DNA of 64,000 bases from Yuukianura sp. NJ FZ-2021 (taxonomy: Eukaryota). The translations under genes and the position numbers were made by a program. Shown here one piece after another: positions 13,025 through 23,260 of the stretch (positions within the stretch are counted from its first letter, which is position 1; every line of letters starts with the position of its first letter). The stretch spans positions 7,564,001 to 7,628,000 of the forward strand of contig CM102283.1 in NCBI GenBank assembly GCA_046563655.1, given 5' to 3'. The notes below the pieces were generated by a model. The model was not told where the DNA came from, did no database searches, and saw only the letters and a program-made list of their open reading frames with translations.

Positions 13025-14488
13025 ATGGCCGCCGTTAAGTACTTCATTGCTGCATTTTGTTTGGTAACTACTGCCTCAGCGTCTCTTAAAAACTTAAAGC
13101 TTGTTCAAACTTTAGCCAATTTTGATCCGAAGAAAATTCCTAATGGTAAGAAATCAAAGACGAGAAGAAAATTTAAGATTAAATTTTATGTTGTTGTTTT
13201 TTTCCAATTTTATTTTTCTTTCAAAAACAGAAGTCATAGAAGAAGTTGCGGAATTCATTGGCTATTCACTTCTTCGCCATGTTCAAGACAGCATAGTTCC
13301 GGCTCTAAAATATTCAAATTTGACTTCCGACGGTTTCAAAACTTCGAACAAAATTGAAATTAACGTGGCAGATCCTCTGAGGGACAACGATATTCCGCTG
13401 AACAGTGCTCATTGGACAGAAGTTGCTGGTGGTCCTTCCAGCGGTCTCTTTGTTGGAGATATTCAATTCTGGTAACATTTTGAGAAAAAAAATCCGCCAA
13501 AATCAAATTTTTTTCGCGATTATTTGCAAAATGTCCAACTTGTCTTGTTTACAGCGATCCAATGGCAAGTGGATTTGCAAGCCTTGCAACAGACTTTGTT
13601 TTATCCGTGGATTCTTTCATTCCAATTACAGCTACAGCTAACCTTGACATATCTGCAACCCTGGACATTCATGGAAGGCACTCTATTGGAGCAGCAGTAC
13701 TTTTTGAACTCCTGCGCATTAAGAGTTCTGGTTACTTTATTGCCAGAATACGCAACACAGTTGTGAATGTCAATTTGAAAATTGACATTGATGAGTTATA
13801 CCGGTTCCGTGTGTACCAAACAGCGCTTGATATTGACCTAGAGCGAATTGACCTCCACGCAGACAGCACTGTTTTAAATGACCAAACTCTTGACTGGATT
13901 ACATTGAGTCAAGACATAACGGACATTTTCAAAGACCTTTGGCCAATTGTTAGAACACTCATCAACAAATTCTTGAGTGCTCCGCTGTCTAGAGTAATCA
14001 GCAAAGTCGTTGGGGTAAGGTTAAAATCAAAAGTTTTTCAAAAGTTCACAAAATTAAAAGCTCAATTTCCAACCTGGTCAAGGTTCAACTTGTTATTTTT
14101 CGTTTTTTAGAGATGCGGTATTGATGACATTTTGGAAATATTAACTGCCGGAGATGGCGAGGGTAAGTCATTCGAGATTCTTAAACAAACAGTTCGGTTT
14201 GAATTTTAAAAAATTAACTTTTTTCACTGTTTTTAAACAGTGCCGGCATGTTTTAAAGACAAACTGGCATCGCCGCCTAGTCTCCCAATCATTTCAAAGT
14301 GGTTGTCATCCATCGGAACCATGGCCGACTATGAAAGTTGTAACATCCAGTACGACCCACCACCCAAACCGGTCGTTACGACTACTCCTGCGCCAACAAC
14401 ACCGGAACCCTCTGCAGCTCCTGCGCAGTTCCCGCTTACAACCGTCTTTGTAACACTCATTGTGTCATTGGTTGCCATTTTTAACTAA
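13025..14488 (+). CDS. JHBP/takeout-like array gene 6; 5 exons; Thr/Pro stalk and GPI-like tail
   Basis: Signal peptide MAAVKYFIAAFCLVTTASA; VADPL; short exon RCGIDDILEILTAGDGE; tail TTTPAPTTPEPSAAPAQFPLTTVFVTLIVSLVAIFN*. Confidence 0.72.
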
Positions 14489-15035
14489 AAAAACACAAAA
14501 GAAACAATAAAAGATTAAAAACGATTCGTTTTTCGTTTTAAAATTGTTTCTTTTCACACACAAACGTCATCACGTTTTTTCTTTGTCGGTTTTGGATGTT
14601 TTCTCCAATTTTAAAATTATTGCTGCGGTGTTTCTGAATTTGCAATTTGCAACAGAAATGAAAAATATCACGAAAAGTCAATTAAAAATTAGTGCATGAT
14701 TCTATGCTTAAAAAAACTCAATTGAAGAGTGCAATTTTAATTAAAAATGGTTTTCAATAGAAAGCCAAAGGTTGCGAAATTTTGACCCCACGCTTTTGAC
14801 TTTGACGCTTAAGTGTTTATCACAAGTTATCACAAAAATCCCGAATCTGAAATCTAAAAGCACTTGAATACCATATTAGCACACATGTAGAATCTCCTAC
14901 AAAAAAAATCAATTAAAATCGCAAATATTTGAACAAGTCACCTGAGGGTTTAATTGTCATCTAAATTGGGACAAGAGGACATACGGCAAAATTTTTAAAC
15001 TAATTTGCTAAAATTTGGCAATTTTCAACTCAAAA

Positions 15036-16430
15036 ATGCTTTCTCCAATTTTTGCATTTTTGGTAAGTCTATCCGTTGTGACGATTGCAAGCGGCGTGGC
15101 TCCAGTTGTAATTCAATATGGATCAGCTCATAAAGGTAACATTTTAAATGTAAAAATTCATATTTTTTTTTTATTTTGAAAAAAAAATGTGTTTTGCTTT
15201 TAGATGCAGCTGAAATTTTGAGATTTATGAAAAATGGAGGATTGACGGCAGGAGATATTGGTCCAATTGAATTTCCAATTTCAATTATCCCAAAGCTATT
15301 TCCAAATTTGACAGAATCGGATCCATGGGCATTTCAAGACAAATCATTCAATTTTAATTCCAATATTCTGCGAGGATCGCATTCGTACTGGTACGGTTTC
15401 AAAAATTTCCGAAAAAGGCTTGACGTCACTAAATTCCGAACCACTTGAGAAATTCTGAAAAACAAAAATTCCAAGTTTTTCAAAATCTCCTTTTAATGTT
15501 ACAGGGCTAGCAGAGCAGTCGGGCATTCCGGAATTGGCGAACAGTTGTGGATGACACTCGTCGAGGGAGAAGATGCGATCCGATTGAAATACGTGATCGA
15601 TCTTGCGTCGTTTACGCTCGACGGATCCTACTTATCTGACCTTGAAATTCTAAATGGCTTCATCTATTTCAGTGGAGATGGACTGTACTCTACAAGTTTC
15701 ACAAATACAACGATTACAATTGAAGCCAAAGTGACATCCACGAGTACTCCATCTATCATTCTGGACAACCTGGAATTCGGACTTAGATTTAGACAATTGG
15801 ACATGTTTGCACAGAATGCTCTTGTCAATTGTGAAACCCCAATTTGGTCAGAAATTGGATACGAATTGGCACTTATTGTTGAAACGTTTGCTCCGGTTGC
15901 GTCTGTCAGAGCTCTGGCACCACTGCTGACACCAGTTCTGAACAGAATGCTAGCCGTAAGCTCCCCAAAATTAAAAAAAAAAATGTTCAAAATACTATAG
16001 CTCATTCGAACAATTTTTTTAAAATAGGACTGTGACCTGGAAGAAATTATTTTCGAAGGCGACAGTACGTGAAGTTGAAATCTGAAAAAAAAAATAATGA
16101 AAATGTTCAAAATTTCGAAATGAGGCTGAGTTCTTCAAGCAATTTTTTTCTGTATTTACAGTGAGCTGTATAAAACCCGGAGCAGGAGAACCGCTGAAAT
16201 CAGCGATTCAGGAGGCAGCTGTAGAAATTTTGAGTTTGTTCGTGGCAAACCGGCCGAGACAAAGCGCCAAAAGCATGAATCCGTGCGTTCCGGAACCGAA
16301 TCAAGAAGTACCGAGCGGAACCGAAGCCGGAATTGGCGGAATCGAAACGACCCCGACCGAAGGCAATGGTGGACGACTTGTTTCCAGCGTCATGGCAGTT
16401 GTACCTCCAGTGCTTCTTACTCTGCACTAA
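15036..16430 (+). CDS. JHBP/takeout-like array gene 7; 5 exons
   Basis: Signal peptide MLSPIFAFLVSLSVVTIASG; ESDPWAF; LDGSY...SGDGLYS; micro-exon DCDLEEIIFEGD; hydrophobic end LVSSVMAVVPPVLLTLH*. Confidence 0.7.
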
Positions 16431-16861
16431 AAACTGCCCAAAATTGAGCAAAGAAATCAGAAATCATAAAACTAAATCATGAGTTTACATTGTTTACAAA
16501 TCTTGAAATTTGATGCAAAGTTGATTGCAGAAAGCTAAAAATGCGGTTTCCTCAATACAATTTGACCCATTACGTCGGAATTCGTAAAAAACAACAACAA
16601 AAGTTAACCTTGTGCAACCTTTGATTCTAAAAATGTTTTCCGATCTTACTTTCATAAGTAGGTAGGAACGTAATTAGCACTGTGTTAATTAAATTTAAGT
16701 GATTCATTAAAATTCTGTGGTTTTCCAACCTTCGTTAAACGCATGATGGATAAAATAGTCCAGTTTTTGCCGCATGCAAAAAAAAATGAGGTTACGGTAG
16801 AAGTTTTTGAAAATTTTGAATCAGTCTTTCCGCGTCGTCGGCGAGTGTCTAAACGTCAAAA

Positions 16862-18171
16862 ATGGCGTTTTTAGTAGAACATGCTTTGGAAATCATAGGT
16901 GACGGCAAGTATCGTAGAACGTATTGGGACGATGACATGTTTGGTGTCATTTGTTTCACATTTCTGCTACCAATCATTTGTATTCTGGGTATACTCGGAA
17001 ACTGTTTGAGTGGAATCGTTTTACTTCAGAAGGAAATGCGGTCGGCCGTGAACTGTTTTTTCCTTGGATTGGCCGTGTCTGATGCAGTATTCCTTTTGGG
17101 GCAGTTACAAGGCTACGGAGTCTACTGGATTGCAAAGTATCACAGGTTATGGCCAGCATATCGGTTCCAGTATGATCCAATTCTCACGCCATATATTAAC
17201 TTCATTTGTGTAGCAGGTAACAAATCTGAAAAAAATGAAAGCATGACGTCACTTGTTTGAACTTTTAAAAGAATTGTTGACATTTTTCAATTACAGGGCA
17301 AACGAGTGTCATTTACTTCACGTTGGCCATCACGGTCGATCGTTTCATTGCAGTTTGTTTTCCACTTCAAGCAAAGTACATCAGTTCCTGGAGGCGTGCT
17401 GGAATAATTTCGGTAGCCATTTTGCTTCTGTCCATGGCCGCTGGACTGCCGTATGTTTTAGGACAAGAAGCGTTTCAGATATCAGATGAAGAAGCGGATA
17501 CTGTTCTGGAACGAGACAGTAAATCATGTGTAAATGAAACCACAATTACGGTTTATGCTTATGGATATTCTGAATTTGGAAAATCAAGTTACGTACAATG
17601 GTACTTCGTCTGGGGCCAAACTGTCTTCCACTCTGTTCTTCCATTTACAGCCCTCAGTATCCTGAATCTCATAATTGCTATCCAGGTAACATGGAGTGAC
17701 ACAAACGCTGAAATTGGTGCTACGCACGTACAGTGACTAGTCTTTTGTTTGTAGATTCGTAAAGCAAGTAAGCACCGTGACGAGATGTCAAGTACACAAC
17801 GTTCGGACGTTTCCGTAGCCAAAATGCTTCTGTGTATAGTTGCGGTGTTTGGACTTTGTTATTTTCCGGCTGTCCTTGGATCCAGTGTTAGTTGCATTGC
17901 GAATTCGTTTGAGTGGAGTATAGAAACGGAGTTGCAGCTCCATCGCATCCGGTCACGGATTTGGTACATTTCGGAAGTTGCTTTTTGTATAAGTTCAGCC
18001 AGTGACTTTATCATATACTGTGTCATGGGTAATCGATTCCGCGCATGTTTGATTCAAATGGTCCTAAACTGTGGACGAAGGAAGGGAATACAAACGGTGG
18101 GTAGTCGTATAAGGAGCAGGAGGAGTTTCAAGCATGAATGTAGTACAACTGAAACTAATTTTAATAGTTAA
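16862..18171 (+). CDS. Class A (rhodopsin-like) GPCR, FMRFamide/peptide-receptor-like; 3 exons (16862-17216, 17297-17685, 17755-18171)
   Basis: TM1 GILGN, TM2 LAVSD, TM3 ITVDRFIAVCFPL, TM6 FGLCYFP, TM7 SASDFIIYCVMGNRFR. Confidence 0.85.
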
Positions 18172-18196
18172 ACTGTTTAAAAACTGATAATTTATG

Positions 18197-19497
18197 TTAC
18201 GTTGGGGGTAAATTTCTGTATTTGCTAGTCCATTTTTCACTTGTTAGCCAAAGTCTTAAGGCGGAATCGTCGTCTTCTCCGGCTGGAGCAACCTGGACCG
18301 GTTGACAGTCGCTAAAGAAAAAAAAACCGAAACAAGTTGAATAAAAATTGCTAATGATAAAAGGAAAGGGAGAACTGGGTACTGATTACCTAAAGTATTT
18401 TCCGGTAACATTTTCCAGTGAAGGTTCTAGCGCGACGTAAATTGAAGTATACGAGCCTTGTACTGATGATTTTAGGAATAATCGTAGAAGCGGTGCTACG
18501 AAGATTGAGCCTAGGAAGCTATTGAACATTCCGCTGTGCCTTCCGAGTTCTGTGTAGACAACTCCCGGATGAAGAGCATTTACGGTAACTCCAGTTCCTG
18601 TTTCAAATGTTTAAATTCGTCAGTTAAGTTGGATCGTTTTAGATAAAAAATTGTTCAAAAGTTATTGCGTCACCTGCTAATCGCTTGGCAAGTTCCCTCA
18701 TGAACAGTATATTGGCCAATTTGCTTTGGGAATAGGCACCAGCTGGATCGTAGGACTTGTCAGAGTTCAAGTCATCAAAGTTGATTTTGCCTCTGGTATG
18801 TGCCAGACTAGAAACAACCACGATTCGACTTGGAACCGATGCCTTGAGGTAATCCAACAACAAATCAGTCAGTAGGAAGTGTCCCATGTGATTAACACCG
18901 AGTTGTAATTCAATTCCTTGTTTAGTTGTCATTCTAGGAGTCCACATCACACCGGCATTGTTTACTAAAATATCCAGTCTGGTCTCTCGGGATTTGAATT
19001 CTTTGACAAAGTTTTGAATTGATTCGAAATCCGCAAGGTCACACTGTCGGCAGTACACATTCCTGTTTAGAGTTTCAAGAATAATGTCCTTTCTCGCCTA
19101 GAACCAAGCAAATAAAGTATTAAGTCATCCTTAATACCCCATTGTGTTTTGGCAACATTTTGTGATTGAACTTACGATTGCACATTTACCCATATCACGA
19201 CAGGCCATGTAAACAGTTGCTCCGCGTTTAGCAAAATCTCGTACAGTTTCTCGTCCAATTCCGGTGTTACTTCCAGTGACAATTATAACTTTTCCAGTTG
19301 CTTTTATCTCTGGTCCGAGCACCTTTGACCTCCCTACGATCAGTTCTCTAACACACAAAGAAATCAATATCAATTTAGTTTTTTTATGTGTTTATGATTG
19401 ATTGATTATGAATTACTTACCTGATTAGCACTGATCCACCCACCAATGTTCCTAACGCTGAGCCGTAAACGAAAAAATTAGGTATTTTATACCTCAT
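18197..19497 (-). CDS. Retinol dehydrogenase 12/13-like short-chain dehydrogenase/reductase; 5 exons
   Basis: TGSNTGIG cofactor motif, LVNNAGVM, NHMGHFLLT, VSSLAH, catalytic YSQSK, C-terminal ALRLWLTSEKWT. Confidence 0.92.
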
Positions 19498-19629
19498 TTT
19501 ATTCAAATTACGAACACTTTTGATCAATAATTTAAAGAAAGTAGTAAAACAGAAAACATAAAAACAACAAAAAATGAGAAAGATTTTTAACGTAAATATA
19601 CTTCCAGAGTTAACTTTCACTTTCACCAA

Positions 19630-19867
19630 TACAGTAGAGTTTCCCACTTATTCCATTTGCCAAATACAAAACAAATTAGAATTGCACTACACTGGGGTTA
19701 GAAAGTTACATGAGTCTGAGGTTAAATTGCCATTGGCAATTCCCCCATTTGCCATTGCACGCTTCATTTTGCCAGGTCACCGCCAATGTAACGGGTGCGA
19801 GTTTTGTATTTGTCAATTGAATTTGTTTTGGATTTTGCACATGGAATAAGTGGGAAACTCTACTGTA
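19630..19867. mobile_element. Tc1/mariner-pogo-type MITE just upstream of the SDR start
   Basis: TA|CAGTAGAGTTTCCCACTTATTCCAT ... ATGGAATAAGTGGGAAACTCTACTG|TA: 25-bp perfect TIR that continues imperfectly to ~50 bp, with TA duplication. Confidence 0.85.
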
Positions 19868-20141
19868 CATAGTTAGCTATTGGACTTTCGAAAACTGGGT
19901 TACCTTACAACAGGAACAGAGTGGAAGAGTCGTTAATCGCGTACGGGCACCCAAAAATTAATTAAATAAATAATTATGAAATTAATATTATTATATACAT
20001 ATACACATTTCTATACAAAGTATGTGTTTACCATTTGTTTGTTTATCAGAATTAATTCTAATTGGTTGCAATGAAATTTGAAATGAAAAGTTAATTAGCT
20101 ACAATAAACAACAAGAAACAAGAATATGTGAAATTAATATC

Positions 20142-20441
20142 AAAAGTTCCCAACTAGCTAGAAGGAAGATGAGCGTACCAAAATATCCCTTAAAACTTTG
20201 GACCTTTTTGACATTTTTTACCAAAATTACACTTCAGAGGTATAGGGGTCGGAGGTCATCGAAGATGAAAAAATTTGATTATATTTTCTTTGAAAAATTA
20301 TATTAAAAGTTCCCAACTAGCTAGAAATGAGCTGACTGTACCAAAATGACCCTTGACCCTTTGGACCTTTTTGACATTTTTTACAAAAATTACTTTTCAG
20401 AGGTATAGGGGTCAGAGGTTATCCAAGTTGAAAAAATTTGA
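20142..20441. repeat. Two imperfect direct copies of a ~163-bp unit
   Basis: AAAAGTTCCCAACTAGCTAGAA...CTTTGGACCTTTTTGACATTTTTT...CAGAGGTATAGGGGTC occurs at 20142 and at 20305. Confidence 0.85.
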
Positions 20442-20854
20442 ATTTTTGCTAAGGCAGTAGACTACATCCGAGATCGTGTGGTACGGTACATGGCCTGAAC
20501 GGAGAGGAAAAGCGAGACCAATTTAACTGACAACCAGGTCAGTTTCTTCGTCGCGGAACTGCTAAGGTATGCATTACAAACAAATTGCAATAATTCATAA
20601 TTCTATCATAAGCACAAGCAGGAACACATTTGAAAAAGTATATACTACTATACTTTCAGCTCTCCTTTTTTCAGAGAATTCCAAATTGACAACAAAGGCA
20701 CGAGGCAGGATTCGATCCGAATTAAACCGACACCAATACGCCTGGATTTGGCATTTTTTTCTGCTGTTCTTAGAAGCAGATCATTGGCGGTGGTGTCGAC
20801 AAACTAAATCCGCCTGCAGCTCAAACACATCATAATTCAAATACTGACAGGTTA

Positions 20855-21380
20855 TGTAATGATGTGTTACTGTTATGCTTAGAACACTTTCACTGTATTT
20901 ACTTAAGATGTTACTAAGAGGGAGTCTAGAAGGAGACTGAATAATACTGGACCCTTGAAGATAAGGTGGGTCAAGATGTCCACTACATTTTCAATTCCTC
21001 CTCTTTTTAGTTGTCCCTTTTTACTTTTCTTATGTTATGTAACTGACCCCTAGTTGCTAAGTGCCTTTTTCTGTCTTAGGGTAGGTTAGTATAGCGTAAA
21101 GTTGACTTTCCTTCCCGGCCTTCCTTCGCTGGCCCTTAAAAAGCGTTGATCTGTCACTGAACACTTCAGTTGTGGTTCGGACGCTTAAGTTGGACCACTA
21201 CTAACACTTTGCAGCCAACTGAATCCAGGCTCGCGTGTGCCCCCCTTAAACTTAAGGTAACCCATGTTTGTTATCCTTCCCACTAAGTTAAGTTACTTGA
21301 ATAAAGACTTTCTCTCTTAACGTATTTCAACGAAGTAGTTGTTGACCATTTATTACGTGAAAGGGCCACGTAACATTACA
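20855..21380 (+). mobile_element. Candidate solo LTR
   Basis: 526 bp bounded by TGTAATG...CATTACA (TG..CA, 7-bp inverted ends), with AATAAA at ~21300. No matching target-site duplication seen. Confidence 0.4.
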
Positions 21381-22588
21381 ATTCCCGTTCGATTATTTTA
21401 AACTTTCAACACAGTCCACTCGTTCATCTCAAACCAAAACGGAAAACAAGGAAGATTACGATGACGTATTTGATTCGGATGTGGGTAGTCCGTCTTACAT
21501 TCCAATGACAGAAACGTATAACTCAGACGTCGAAGACACCAGCTATCCGTGTGATGAAGAAGCAACCATAACAGTAGAAGGTCAAGTCAATGGTCATACG
21601 GAAACAGAAGCCCAGAAAAGCGGGAGCGACCTTGACCTTCCGTTGACGGCCTCGAACTCAATCGTTGCCGTAAGTGGCAATTTTAGTGCTTTGCAACGTA
21701 ATACACCGTCCAACATTACTGTGTACGCAGAAGGCTACCCTGAATGCATCTATCAGGAAATTTTAGGTAAATGTTACATATGTTAGGTCCTATTCAATCT
21801 TCTAGTAAAGTGATACTGTAATTTATTTATATGTTCTATGGTTCGCATTTGCAAGAGGGCTGGGAACAAGGGTCTTGCCAATGAGTTACCAGTCACCATT
21901 GACAGTTTTACCAACTACTTTGGTGTCAAGGGTTTCGAAAAAAACCGGCCCAAAATAAGTAGGCTGTAACTTTACAAAAGTTACATTATTGCGACATCAA
22001 TTTTTAATCATCCTCAATTTACACAAAGAATACCCATTTCTGTTGCAAAGAACATCTTTCCTAACGCAAAGCAGAGGTTAGTCTTACGTTAGTAAAATCC
22101 CAATTTTTAACCTGTAGTTATACATAATTTCTTTGTAGCAAACCAGCGAACTTCTAGAGACCTAGTAAACCAAAGGCTCCAATAAAAGCAATCCTTCCTG
22201 CTGCCGTTGGATCTACCCTCTACGGTTTGACGGAATTAGCGCACCTGGTAAATGGAGATTCAAGCAAAGTGTGCCTTGTTACGGGGAAAAGCTGAATGTT
22301 AAAACTGGACATGAAGTACAAAAGAAAGATGACGCTGTCTTTAGGCAAGAAGATGATGAGCTGTACTTTAGCAGTGAACACGCTAAGTTAGATTAAGTGA
22401 TATGTGAATTAATAGCTTACGATTGTCAAGAATCCGTAGGCATTTTCCTGTGATTGTGCTGACAGATCTCTACATGATGCACCATCTTCATCACCCACTC
22501 GAGAAGCGAGAGGATTTGCGTCAAAACTCTTCCAAGTGGTAGGGAAGCCAATTCTTTGTGGCCTGGGAAAAAGATTTAAAAAACCGTA

Positions 22589-22975
22589 AAACATTTAAGC
22601 GTTTTTTCAATTAACTTTTTACTCAACACAGAACGTAGTTATAAAGTAGCGATAGCTACTTTAACACCTAACTGTCTGTCTGTCCATCGGTCCATAAAGC
22701 ATTTAAGCGTTATTTGAATTAACTTTTTATTAAACAACACAGAACGTAGTTATAAAGTAGCGGAAGCTAATTTACGGTCTTGTCTGTCTATCTATCCATA
22801 AAGCATTTAAGCGGTTTTTCAGTAAACTTTATACTAATCAGCACAAAACACAGTCATTAAGTAGCGGAAGCTGCTTAATTGTCTTGTTTGTCCGTCTGTC
22901 CATCTGTCATTCAAACATGTATTTCAACGAAAATGAGGTTGCTGTTAAGTAGCGGAAGCTACTTTACCATGTCCT
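22589..22975. repeat. Three to four degenerate ~105-bp tandem units upstream of the polymerase pseudogene
   Basis: Recurring CATTTAAGCG, ACACAGAACGTAGTTATAAAGTAGCG(G)AAGCT and (CTGT)n/CCAT tracts. Confidence 0.8.
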
Positions 22976-23260
22976 ACTGTCGTTTGCTCATTTTGTATGA
23001 AAAGCGTTTTACCCAGGAAAACGTGGCGATTAAGTCGCGAGAGCTATTTACCAAATTCCGGAAACGCTTTCATCATACGTCTCAATGGGCAAAAGTGACT
23101 CGACTTTTTGGACGATTTTAGCATTTTAAAGTATTGAACTATGTATTAAGGTTAGAACCAAATGTTATTTGTCTTTTAATTATTTCTAAGGATGTCGTTA
23201 TTCTGGATATTTATCGGGAATTGAAGTGTCCGCCGTGTAATCAATCGCTTACCTGTCGAG

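Noticed and set aside
2754-16451. Minus-strand ORFs overlapping the array genes (e.g. 2754-3209, 5042-5296, 15664-16110)
   Set aside because: These are antisense shadows of the plus-strand exons and have no independent coding signal.
19574-19849. 91-aa ORF
   Set aside because: It lies almost wholly inside the MITE, so it is a chance ORF.
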